Positions 45,082 through 64,000 of a stretch of DNA of 64,000 nucleotides are shown here, one piece after another. The translations under genes were made by a program, and so were the position numbers. The stretch is from Eledone cirrhosa (lineage: Eukaryota): NCBI GenBank assembly GCA_964016885.1, contig OZ024743.1, positions 318,494,001-318,558,000 on the forward strand, in the 5' to 3' direction. Under the pieces are notes generated by a model, which was not told where the DNA came from, made no database searches, and saw only the letters and a program-made list of their open reading frames with translations. The stretch's first letter is position 1. Every line of letters begins with the position of its first letter.

Positions 45082-47205
45082 ATCATCATCATCACCGTTT
45101 TACGTCCGTTCTTCCACACTAGCATGGGTTAGACGGGTTGTCCTGTTGTGGGCAGTATCTGCTCGGCTGACCATGCCTTGCTCATACAGGAACTGATTTG
45201 GCTTGATTTCTACAGCTGGATGCCCTTCCTAACACCAACCTCATTTACAGTGAGTGCTGGGTGCTCTTTCGTGGCGCCTACACGTCCACTTTACTGTGTG
45301 GGCTGGGTGCTTTTTTGCCGTGGCACCTCTACGACCACCTTGCAGTGGGAGGGTGTGGGGGCATATTGTCTATATGCTTCAGCTTGTACCCATGGGAGGT
45401 CGGCTACTCTGTATTACTGCGTGACGCCAGAGTTCACGGTCGTGTGTCATCGCCTTGGAGAGGTGTAATTAGGTAAAGTCGGCTTTTATCACCTCATCCC
45501 AGGTCATCTTGGGTCTCCCCACTCCGCAGTTTCCATCGACTTCTAGTGATCTGCACCTTTTTATGCAGCTGTCATCCTTCATACGCATCACATGTCCATA
45601 CCAACGCAACCACCTCTCCTGCACACAGCATTTGATTTCTCTTATGCTCAGTCTCTCTCTCAATTCATTTATAATTTGTCGTTCGCGTATATTACTATTA
45701 CACATCCATCGGAGCATGCAGGCTTCGTTTCTCTCTAATCATTTTGAGGGAGAAGCCTTTTGCAGCTAGCAGTGGCAGTAGTTCCCTGAACTTCTTCCAT
45801 CCCGTTCTTACCCTAGTTATTGTACTTTCTGAACACCCACCTCCGCTGCTAATTCGGTCACCTAGGTAGCAGAAGCTGTCTACTGTCTATACAGAGCCCT
45901 CCCAGAGATTGGTGGTACTTGTTTCCTGTAGCTGTTTGCTGCTTGCTGTCCCAGTACAGCTGCTGCATGTGAAGCCTACATTCTTAATTAAGCTTCCTGA
46001 GATCCCGCTACATCTCTTGTGTACCCATTGTTTGCATTTGGGGCAGAGAATGGAGTTGCTACCTACACCTTTCCTATACACTGAGCAAAGCCATTTCCCT
46101 GAGGGGATCTGGGTTCTGTTTTCTCGTTTACTTACAAGGACCTTAGTCTTTGTCATGTTGACTTTGAGACCCTCTCTTTCTAGTCCCTGCTTCCAATTTT
46201 GGAATTTCTTCTCTAGTTCTACCATAGTTTCAGCTATAAGTGCGAGGTCATCAGCATACAGGAGTTGCCATGGGCATCCGGTCTTAAACTCCTCCGTTAT
46301 TGCCTGCAGGACTATGATGAACAGGAGAGGGCTAAGAACAGAGCCCTGGTGGACCCCAACCTGTACGCTAAATTCCTCGCTATACTCATTGTTAACCCTA
46401 ACTTTCCTGACTGCTCCCCTATACATGGCTTGTACAGCTTTCACAAGCCATTCATCTACTCCTAGTTTTCTAAGAGCCCACCAGATTACAGCACGTGGAA
46501 CTCTGTCAAAGGCTTTCTCGAGATCGACGAATGCCAGGTAGAGTGGCTGACGTTTAGCTAGGTACTTTTCCTGTAACTGCCTCACAAGAAAGAGGGCATC
46601 AGTGGTGCCTCTTCCTGGTACAAACCCAAATTGCATCTCATCTAGTTTCACCCAGTCCCTAATCAACTGTGCTATAACTCTTTCCATTACTTTCATGACC
46701 TGGTGCATCAGCTTTATACCTCTATAGTTTCCTTTATCGAGTGCATCACCTTTACCTTTGTAGCAGTTGACAATGATGCTACTGCACCAATTTTTTGGTA
46801 TGACACCTTCTAGTATTACCTGGGTAACAATACGTGTAGTTATAGTGTGACCTACAGACCCAGATGCCTTCAGCATCTCGGCAGCTATACCCGATGGACC
46901 GGTTGCCTTCCCCATCTTCATATCTTTGATTGCCTTATTTACTACGCTGCTGCTGACTTGTTTTGCTGGCCCCTCTATAGGGTCTACTTGGGGTAGGGTC
47001 TTTTTTCCCATGCATTCTCCTCGTTTAGTAATCTTTCATAATGGCTCTTCCATGCAGCTTTCTTCTCGGCACTTGTGAGCGCAAGCTCACCTTTATCATT
47101 CCGGATACACTTCGCTCCAATGACATCACAATTCTCTCTGACACACTGCCTCGCAATCTTGAACACCTCCTGTTTCTGGTCCTTAGGTTGCAAAACATGC
47201 TTGAA
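45082..47205 (-). mobile_element. RTE LINE family 2, 5'-truncated
   Basis: ORF 45887..47011 with RT motifs and a Cys-rich finger; internal deletion near 45740; (CAT)n end. Confidence 0.94.
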
Positions 47206-47238
<33 letters not shown>

Positions 47239-47239
47239 T

Positions 47240-47325
<86 letters not shown>

Positions 47326-47379
47326 TATAATATATATATAATATATATAATATATATACATATATATAATATATATATA

Positions 47380-47446
<67 letters not shown>

Positions 47447-47462
47447 TATATATATATAATAT

Positions 47463-47525
<63 letters not shown>

Positions 47526-47530
<5 letters not shown>

Positions 47531-47738
47531 GGAGGTGAGTTTTATTGTAGTACAATAAAGCAATGCAGATAAGTTGATTTAAAACTGCACTATCCACAAG
47601 TGTTTTTTAGCCTTCATATCATGTTCTCCTATTTCATCTGATGAAAACACAAATATTATTGCATGATGATGTTTGTTTTTGAAATGCGCATAATAAAATA
47701 CATGGAACTCCTTTAACCATCTTTTGATCTTATATTAT
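47526..47738 (+). mobile_element. Family A pLTR with short inverted terminal piece
   Basis: 47526-47571 is the reversed 3' terminus; the forward part starts at gttgatttaaaac and contains the HHR. Confidence 0.85.
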
Positions 47739-47760
47739 ATATATATATATATATATATAT

Positions 47761-50088
47761 TCAGGTTTGAGGTTCACCACTGTATAGAGCTGGTCTATTC
47801 CGTATGGTCAATCGTAATGCAATAATATAGAGAGTACTCAACGTAAAGCAGTTCAACCGTCTTTGTTTTTGTAGTTGGTGGTGCTATTACGGAGTTAAAT
47901 ATTATAATGAAATGACAGGAGGCTGGATTTGTGTAAATCCTTGAAAGGTTTATTATACTATGATCATTTCAATGACCGGGTTCCGTATGAATCCGGTGAT
48001 ATCATCAGGTATTCGAAATATAATACGTGAATGTAATAGGTAAAATCCATGGGCCTGAAAATCGAGACCCGAGGGCGACCGCTATTCTGTTCCTTCAACC
48101 TCAGCCGGTCGCCCTGGAGTGACGTGGCTAAATTTTATAGTATGCTACTACCGGTCAGATGAACGAAAACAGAAAGAGATGGGAGCATAGGTTAACGTCG
48201 ATCCCATGACACAAGGTAAAAGAAAGAAAGAAAGGAAGGAGAAGAAGGGGGAAGAAAGAAGAAGAGAAGTCAGGGTTAATGTCAACTAAAAGAGGAAGGT
48301 AACTACTACTGGTCAGATATAGGCAAGCAAGAGGGGGAAGGAAGATAAGTCTGCAGGGAGGAGGAGAGGAGAGAAGGAAGGGAAGAGAGAAGTAGAAAAG
48401 TAAGGGTTGATGGCTACAAGAAGGAAGATAGAAAGGAAGAGGAAGAAAGGTCGATATTAATGTCAGACCACAGTCAAGCCAGGAGTGGCGCGAGAAAATT
48501 TTCACAGGGACCCGCATCTTAGCGGAGATGGATATATTGGGAGTCAGTGTTTTACAGTGTTTAGACTTCTAGGATGAAGTTAAAAACATTTAATAATCAA
48601 TATACAATATTAAAGAGGTTAGAAAATTTAAAGTTCAACAGTTTAACAATTAATTATATAATAGTTCCGATTTGTTCTGTAATTTAAAGGTACTATTTGG
48701 CGGTTAAAACAACGGCCGCGCCCCGGGCCCCATGGCGAATTAAGCCACGCCGAGTATTTTCATTTACTGAAAGAAGGGGAAATTTATTTTTCCAAGCACT
48801 CTAGGTGAGCTCGTTCGCCACGGAGCTGGTCGCGCCGCCATTAAAACCCACCCAACAGTCCGACAGAAAGTTGGAACTTTAAAATTTAGCTTAGAGAAGT
48901 AAAAGAGTAATGGTTGATAGCTACAAGAAGGAAGATAGAAAGAGAGAGGAAGGAAGGTCGATATTAATGTCACACCACAGTCGGGCCAGGAGTGGCGCGA
49001 CAAAATGTTCACAGGGACTCGCATCTTAGCAGAGGTGAATATAATGGGGGTCAGTGTGTTACAATGTTTAGACTTATAGGATGAAGTCAAAAAATTAATA
49101 AATTAATAATCAATATTCCATATTAAAGAGGTTAGAAAACTTAAAGCTCAACAGTTTCAGGTTGATATATATAATAGTTCCGATTTGTTCTGTAATTTAA
49201 AGGTACTATTTGGCGGTTAAAACACCGGCCGCGCCCCAGGCCCCATGGCTAATTAAGCCACGCCGAGTATTTTCATTTACTGAAAGAAGGGGAATTTATT
49301 TTTCCAAGCACTCCAGGTGAGCCCGTTCGCCAGGGAGCTGGTCGCGCCGCCGCCAAAACCCACCCAACGGTCCGACAGAAAGTTGGAACTTTAGAATTTT
49401 GCTTAACTCTATCGGATGAAGTTGAAAGAATTCAGAATAACATTATGAAACTAAGGAGTAAGAGGATTGAGAATTGAACAAACAGAAAATTGAAGATTAG
49501 ACATTCAAATAACTTCTATGAGGTTTTGGGTTGCGGGGTTTAATTAAATAGTCTTTTATGAAGAAACGTTAATTGTATTATGTAGATCTGTAATTTATCC
49601 TAGTGGGATGTAGAGTACGGGATATAGTCGTGTAATGTTTAATTTTTGTTCTCAGGAGGAGACATTCTAGTGTCGTGTGCTAATGGGTACAGGTCCCAAT
49701 GTGAGGAGTAGAAATACATGGATACATAGAAGTGGAATACGTGGAAGAGCTAATGGGTACAGGTCCCAATGTGAGGGGTAGAAATACATGGATACATAGA
49801 AGTGGAATACGTGGAAGAGCACATTGGTACAGCAGAGGTATAAATATATAAACATATCAATATATAGGTATAAACATGTAAATAAACCAACAAGAGTGGT
49901 GTTGGAGTAAGATGGAGAAATCGGGTCTCGATTTTCAGCCCCATGGATTTTACCTATTACATTCACGTATTATATTTCGAATACCTGATGATATCACCGG
50001 ATTCATACGGAACCCGGTCATTGAAATGATCATAGTATAATAAACCTTTCAAGGATTTACACAAATCCAGCCTCCTGTCATTTCATTA

Positions 50089-50095
<7 letters not shown>
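47761..50095 (+). mobile_element. Non-coding PLE-type insertion with inverted pLTRs, ~510-bp internal duplication and 70-bp tandem repeat
   Basis: 47898-48072 and 49921-50095 are inverted; ~48385-48890 repeats at ~48893-49400; two 70-bp units at 49679-49819. Confidence 0.8.
49981..50038 (+). ncRNA. Type I hammerhead (antisense copy ~47955-48012)
   Basis: atac-CTGATGA-t-at.accgg...ccggt.at-t-GAAA-TGATCA-TA-gtat; palindromic stem III. Confidence 0.85.
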
Positions 50096-50151
<56 letters not shown>

Positions 50152-50155
<4 letters not shown>

Positions 50156-50612
50156 ATAAATTAACGGAGGCATAGGCCGTCGTTATTCCCTGTAAATAAT
50201 GTGCTCAAAGGGGAAGAGATCCTGAGCCCTTTAGAATATAATATGTTGAGAAGGTAACACACCAGAGAGAGATATATAGTGCGTTATCAATAATACAGGG
50301 AAAAAACCACCAGTGTATGGAATCTATAACCTATGAAAGGCAGACTATAGACACGATAATTAAAAATATAAATTAAAGCGTAAATAAATACCTCTATAAC
50401 TATATAACACACGTACAAATCCAGAGATATGTTTCACCAGAAAATTTGTTGAAAGAAATGGTAGTCTCGGTTCATCAGCGTGTGTAAGGCTATACATTTC
50501 AGACAACACTAAGAGAATTTTACAATTGACTGTCCAGCTACACGTGGGAGAGAGAAGTCACAGCGTGTTTAAGGGCAGTGGTTTTTTCCCTGTATTATTG
50601 ATAACGCACTAT
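50152..50612 (-). mobile_element. pLTR-type insertion with ~35-bp inverted piece
   Basis: tagtgcgttatcaataatacagggaaaaaaccac (~50277-50310) is inverted at 50578-50611. Confidence 0.75.
50408..50484 (-). ncRNA. Type I hammerhead
   Basis: cacacg-CTGATGA-ACC.AGA...TCTGGT-GAAA-CAtatc tctg gattTG-TA-cgtgtg. Confidence 0.85.
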
Positions 50613-50631
50613 ATATATATATATATATACA

Positions 50632-50721
<90 letters not shown>

Positions 50722-50893
50722 CATATATATACATATATATATATTTATATACATATATACAATATATATATATATATACATATATACAATATATATATAT
50801 ACATATATACAATATATATACATAATATATATATATATACATATATACAATATATATACATATATACAATATATATATATATACATATATACA

Positions 50894-50924
<31 letters not shown>

Positions 50925-51075
50925 ATATATATATATACATATATACAATATATATATTTATATATATATACAATATATATACATATATATATATATACAT
51001 ATATACAATATATATATACATATATACAATATATATATATATACATATATACAATATATATATTTATATATATAT

Positions 51076-51130
<55 letters not shown>

Positions 51131-51187
51131 CGATATATATATAACGATGATGATGATGATGATATATATATATATATATATATATAT

Positions 51188-53090
51188 ATCATCATCATCA
51201 TCATTGTTTAACCTCCATGTTCCACGCTTGCATGGGTTTGGACGGGAGTTTTCCCACTTGAGGCAAGAGTGGTTGTCTTGCTCGCATAGGACTGTCTGGC
51301 GGGTTTTCTACAGCTGGATGCCCTTCCTAACACCAACCACACTTACAGTGTGGGACTGGGAGGTTTTTACCGTGTTGCCTACACGGCCACATTACAGCGT
51401 GGACTGTGTATTTTTTTGTCGTGACACCTACACAATCTCATTTGTTTCGGCCTGGATATTGTGGCACCAACATAACTTTACATTGAAAGGGGCGGTGTGG
51501 ATGGGGTGGGGGTGGTGTGACGGGGTGTATTTTGTTAGAGATGCCTACTGACTGTAGTAGGATTTACTTTGTATTTAGGTAAGGCGGGTCTTCTCTATTA
51601 CTGAGTGCCGCCAAAGGTCTCGGTCCAGTGACATTGTCTTGGAGAGGTGTAAGTGTGTGGGGTCGGAGTTTATCAGGTCGTCCCAGGTTTTTCTGGGTCT
51701 GCCTACTCCGTGGCTACCGTCCATCTTTATTGCCCTGCACTTTTTTATACAGCTGTCGTCCTTCATGCGCATCACGTGACCATACCAACGTAGCCTTCTC
51801 TCGAGTAAACAACATCTGATCCCTCTTATTTCTAATTTTTCCCTTAGTTCGTTTATGCTTTGCCGTTCACGTATATTACTATTACACATCCAGCGGAGCA
51901 TGCAAGCGTCGTTCCTCTCTAGTCTGCGTATATCCTTTGCACACAATGCCCAGGTCTCACTGCCATGTAACATTGCTGTTCGTATGCAGGCATCATACAG
52001 CCTGCCTTTCATTTTTAGGGAGAACCCTTTAGCGGGTAATAGTGGTATAAGCTCTCTGAACTTTTTCCATCCAGTTCTGACTCTAGCTACTGTACTTTCA
52101 GAGCATCCTCCCCCACTGCTGATTTTGTCACCCAGGTAACGGAAGCTGTCCACTATTTCTATAGAACCCTCTGCGCAATTGAAAGAGCTAGTATTCTGTG
52201 GGCACTTGCTGCTACTTATTGCACCAGAGCACCGGCCACATGTAAAATCTATGTTCTTAGTTAGCTTACCTATGATCCCATTACAGCTTTTATGCACCCA
52301 TACTTTGCATTTGGGACATAAAATGGAGTTTCTACCTACGCATTTCCTACACACTGAGTATAGCCATTTTCCGGAAGGGACCGGCGCCTTATTTTCTTTC
52401 CTACAAACTAGAACTTTAGTCTTAGCCAGGTTAATTTTAAGGCCTTTTGATTCTAGGCCGTGCTTCCATGTTTGGAATTTCTTCTCTAGCTCGGCCATTG
52501 ATTCAGCTATGAGCGTTAGATCATCTGCGTATAGGAGTTCCCATGGGCAGCCGGTCTTGAACTCCACTGTTATAGCCTGAAAGGCAATAATAAATAGTAG
52601 GGGGCTAAGAACAGAGCCCTGATGAACACCAACTTTTACGCTAAACTCTTCACTATATTCGTTGTTAATTCTAACCTTGCTGACTTTTCTTTATACATGG
52701 CTTGTATAGCTCTCACAAGCCATTCAGCAACACCTAGTTTTCTAAGAGCCCACCAGATAATGGAACGGGGGACTCTGTCGAAGGCCTTCTCCAAGTTGAG
52801 GAAAGCTAAGTATGGGGTTTACTTTTAGCTAGGTACTTCTCCTGTAGTTGTCGTACAATGAAAAGAGCGTCTGTGGTACTTTTGCCTGACACAAACCCGA
52901 ACTGCATTTCATCTAGATCGATTCTCTCTCTGATTAGTTGCGCTATTACTTTTTCCGTGACCTCCATGACCTGGTCGATTAATTTAATGCCTCTATAGTA
53001 ACTCCTATCTAGGGCGTCTCCTTTACCCTTGTAACAGTTAATGATGATGCTGCTACGCCAGTCCTTCGGAACAACCCCATTCTGTATGAC
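51188..53090 (-). mobile_element. RTE LINE family 1, 5'-truncated
   Basis: ORF 51575..52567 YADD...WYGHVMRM; reverse complement of ~43040-44945. Confidence 0.94.
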
Positions 53091-53109
53091 TATATATATA
53101 TATATATAT

Positions 53110-53185
<76 letters not shown>

Positions 53186-53186
53186 T

Positions 53187-53282
<96 letters not shown>

Positions 53283-53368
53283 ATATATGTATATATATAT
53301 ATATATATATTGTATATATGCATATATATATACATGTATATATATATATCTACAATATATATATATAT

Positions 53369-53416
<48 letters not shown>

Positions 53417-53419
<3 letters not shown>

Positions 53420-54095
53420 TAAAATAACAGATTAAAGTTTAAGCAAAGAATCGCTGCTTTCACCCTCAACGGGATCTTCTGAAACTAACAAAGTCAATCT
53501 GTAAACTCAGAACTGGATATTTCAAAAAACGTTGCAACCGGAGGAAGACAGTAAGACGATACTTTGGTTCGTGGAAACGTTCCCTGGCAAAGAACGGGAA
53601 AAAACGAATAATACGTCATTAATAGGAGCGGTGAAAAACAATAACGCGCAAAGACAGAACCACGTTTATGGTATAAAAGTGGTCGTAGACTAATGTTCTC
53701 TTAGGTGGTGCAAGGAGACGAAGATAATACGTCATATGTGATGCGTAGAGAACAATAGCACGCAAAGACAAAACCACGTAAATGGTATAGCAGAAGTCGT
53801 AGACAAAAATTCTAACTGGGAGACCAAATGAATCTCCGCTACAGAGTTAAGAACAAAGTAAATAAATACAATACAGAAGTAATAGAAATAAATAAATACA
53901 TACACGCAAACAAATACGTACATACACAAGCATACGCAAAAACTTACCATAGGTATACAAAACCACGCACATATAAATATGTGTGTGTGTGTATGCGTGT
54001 ATATTTATATGTAGTTATGTGTGTGCGCTTGTTATATAGGTATTTATTTATTTATATACGTTTATATAATTATTTATTTATTTGTATACACGCAT
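53417..54095 (-). mobile_element. PLE 3' UTR/pLTR (family of 58245-60930) with hammerhead-like motif at 53436-53486
   Basis: Homologous to 58245-58870; agttt-CAGAAGA-t-CCC gttga GGG-t-GAAA-GCA...TGC-TT-aaact. Confidence 0.75.
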
Positions 54096-54140
54096 ATATA
54101 CAAAGATGTGGGTTAGACTCCCATGTACGTCAATACTCAT

Positions 54141-54202
<62 letters not shown>

Positions 54203-54204
<2 letters not shown>

Positions 54205-54322
54205 AGCAATGTAAAATAAAGTGTCTTGCTCAAGGAAACAACACATCACCCAGTCTGAGAATTGAACTCACAACCCTTCGATTGCAAGGCCAATGCTCTA
54301 ACCACTAAGCCACGTGCCTCCA
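54203..54322 (-). mobile_element. tRNA-derived SINE head with CORE-like segment
   Basis: GGAGGCACGTGGCTTAGTGGTTAGAGCATTGG...GAGTTCAATTCTC...TCCTTGAGCAAGACACTT. Confidence 0.8.
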
Positions 54323-54334
54323 CATATATATATA

Positions 54335-60930
<6,596 letters not shown>

Positions 60931-61014
60931 TCACTGCCTTGTAACATTGCTGTTCGTATGCAGGCATCATACAGCCTGCCTTTCATTTTTAGAGAGAACC
61001 CTATATGTATATAG

Positions 61015-64000
61015 GGAGGTTGTAGAAATGCTTGAACGTAAGGAGGTTGATGTTTGCTGTATCCAAGAGACCAGGTGGAGGGGCGGGTCTGCTAGATTCA
61101 TTGTGGGTAAAAAACGATGCTATAAGCTTTTCTGGGTGGAAAATGACAATGGGCTGGATGGGGTAGGAATCATGTTAGCAGAAAAATGGGTGGATAAGAT
61201 AATAGACGTAAATACAGTGAACGACAGAATAATTAAAATAAGACTTGTTCTAAATAGAACTACTGTGACAGTAATATCTGCATACGCACCCCAATCCGGA
61301 CTGCCTGGCGCTATAAAAGAAAGATTCTATGAGACACTGATGCTCACTACCTCCCAAATAACCGACAGTGACTATATAATTATTGCTGGCGACCTAAATG
61401 GTCACGTTGGACAACATTGTGACGGCTATGACGGAATCCATGGAGGCTATGGGTTTGGTACTAGAAATGAGAAGGCTCCAGAATCCTGGAATTCTGTTAT
61501 GCAAATAACCTTACAATATAATCTGTAACACTAACTTCAAAAAACGAGACAATCACCTGATCACCTATAGATCAGGGGAACATACCAGCCAGGTAGATTA
61601 TATCCTTACCAGAAGACGTGACAGAGTGTCTGTTGTAAACACTAAATCCCTCCCCCATGAAGAATGCACCTCTCAACATAGACTCATAATTAGCGACCTC
61701 ATAGTCAGGACGAGACGTACTCGACAACAGAAGAGGACTATCCTCAGGAGAAAAATATGGAAGCTAAAGGACCCCACAGCCTGTAATAAATTTAAAAGCA
61801 TATTACTTGATGCTTTTGACAGTAAGGAAAAGCAATTAGAGTCATACAATATAGAGGAACAGTGGGAATTCCTGAAAGCAAACCTGCTGATGGCGGCAGA
61901 TGAAGTCTGTGTCTGGAGCAGGCCTATAGGCAGGAGGAGAGTAACATGGTGGTGGAACAGTAAGGTGGAGGAGTCAATTAAGGCCAAAAAGCAGGCTTGG
62001 AAAGTATGGCGGGATGGGGGAAGTAGAGAAGACTATCAAGTGGCCAGGAGGGAAGCTAGGAGACAAGTGTACTTCGCAAGAAGGGAAGCAGAGGAAAGAA
62101 AGTTCAAGCATGTTCTACAACGCGAGGACCAAAAACGTGAGGTGTTCAGGATTGCTAGGTAATGTGTCAAGGAAAACCGTGATATTGTCGGGGAGAAGTG
62201 TGTCCTTAATGATGATGGTGTACTTGCCATCACTGAAGCTGATAAGAAGGTAGCCTGGAAGTGTCACTACGAAAGGCTACTAAATGAGGAGAATAAATGG
62301 GAGAAATACAGTCTCCCCCACATCGACCCAATAGAGGGACCAGCAATGTTAGTCGAAAGTAGTATAATAAGTAAGGCAATCGAAGATATGAAGACGTGTA
62401 AGGTGGCTGGGCCTTCGGAAATAGTTGCTGAAATGCTGAAAGCTTCTGGAACAGTGGGACACACTATGGTCACCCGGATAGTAAACCAAGTCGTACAGAA
62501 TGGGGTTGTTCCGAAGGACTGGTGTAGCAGCAGCATCATTAACTGCTACAAGGGTAAAGGAGATGCCCTAGTTAGGGGTAACTATAGAGGCATTAAATTA
62601 ATCGACCAGGTCATGAAGGTCACAGAAAAACTAATAGCGCAACTAATCAGAGAGCGAATTGATCTAGATGAAATGCAGTTCGGGTTTGTGTCAGGTAAAA
62701 GTACCACAGACGCTCTTTTCATTGTACGACAACTACAGGAGAAGTACCTAGCTAAAAGTAAACCCCTATACTTAGCTTTTGTCGACTTGGAGAAAGCCTT
62801 TGACAGAGTCCCCCGTTCCATTATCTGGTGGGCTCTAGGTGTTGATGAATGGCTTGTGAGAGCTATACAAGCCATGTATAAAGAAAAGTCAGCAAGGTTA
62901 GAATTAACAACGAATATAGTGAAGAGTTTAGGGTAAAAAGTTGGTGTTCATCAGGGCTCCGTTCTTAGCCCCCTACTATTTATTATTGTCCTTCAAGCTA
63001 TAACAGTGGAGTTCAAGACCGGCTGCCCATGGGAACTCCTATACGCAGATGATCTAACGCTCATAGCTGAATCAATGGCTGAACTAGAGAAGAAATTCCA
63101 AACATGGAAGCATGGCCTAGAATCAAAAGGCCTTAAAATTAACCTGTCTAAGACTAAAGTTCTAGTTTGTAGGAAGGAAAATAGGGCACCGTTCCCATCC
63201 GGGAAATGGCCATGCTCAGTGTTTAGGAAAGGAGTAGGCAGAAACTCCATTTTATGTCCCAAATGCAAAGTATGGGTGCATAAAAGATGTAGTGGAATCA
63301 CAGGTAAGCTAACTAAGAATATAGATTTTATATGTGGCCGGTGCTCTGGTGCAATAAGTAGCAGCAAGTGCCCACAGAATACTAGCTCATTCCATTGCAC
63401 AGATGGTTCTATAGAAATAGTGGACACCTTCCGTTACTTGAGTGACAAAATCAGCAGTGGTGGAGGGTGTTCTGAAAGTACAGTAGCTAGAGTCAGAACT
63501 GGATGGAAAAAGTTCAGAGAGCTTATACCACTATTACCCGCTAAAGGGTTCTCTCTAAAAATGAAAGGCAGGCTGTATGATGCCTGCATACGAACAGCAA
63601 TGTTACATGGCAGTGAGACCTGGGTATTGTGTGCAGAGGATATACGCAGACTGGAGAGGAACGACGCTTGCATGCTCCGCTGGATGTGTAATAGTAATAT
63701 ACGTGAACGGCAAAGCATAAACGAACTAAGGGAAACATTAGAAATAAGAAGGATCAGATGTTCTTTACTCGAGAGAAGGCTACGTTGGTATGGTCACGTG
63801 ATGTGCATGAAAGACGACAGCTGTATAAAAAAGTGCTGGGCAATAAAAATAGACGGTAGCCACGGAGTAGGCAGACCCAGAAAAACCTGGGACGACTTGA
63901 TAAATTCCGACCTCACACACTTACACCTCTCCAAGACAATGTCACTGGACCGAGATCTTTGGCGCTACACAGTAATACAGAAGACCCGCCTTGCCTAAGT
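61015..64000 (+). mobile_element. RTE LINE family 1 (APE + RT), degenerate, runs off the window
   Basis: Near-identical to 41572-44552, with stops and frameshifts. Confidence 0.95.

Noticed and set aside
45909-46541. Antisense ORFs over LINE and PLE RTs (also 5468-5968, 29284-30151, 56411-56779, 62993-63427)
   Set aside because: Shadow frames of the real element ORFs.
54235-54322. tRNA gene (TGC anticodon-like)
   Set aside because: Acceptor stem does not pair and it continues into a SINE core repeated at 23680-23776.

Overview
Eukaryotic, gene-free, extremely (TA)n-rich repeat region. An octopus or other coleoid cephalopod is my inference from the SINE/RTE types and microsatellite load; it is not proven. 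Almost all long ORF-track entries (IYIY..., CVCV..., THTH...) are microsatellite artefacts. The real content is retroelements inserted into (TA)n tracts: (i) about a dozen RTE-type LINE copies from at least three families, with a PHD-like finger inside the RT region, plus CR1/L2-type and other LINE pieces; (ii) Penelope-like elements (PLEs), namely one Neptune-like copy with an intact RT + GIY-YIG ORF and five diverged Hydra-like EN/RT remnants; (iii) many short PLE pseudo-LTR (pLTR) or retrozyme-like insertions, often fold-back palindromes; (iv) a Helitron 3' end and three tRNA-derived SINEs. Reading by eye I find about 15 different type I hammerhead ribozyme (HHR) motifs in more than 25 copies, with compensatory stem changes and core variants such as U3-A8. 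The best candidates for new biology are a U UUU UUA -1 frameshift site joining an upstream ORF to the Neptune RT-EN ORF, an HHR + inverted-octamer retrozyme-like family, a duplicated ~215-nt multi-stem RNA module, and recurrent fold-back breakpoints. All structures were read manually and coordinates may be off by a few bases.
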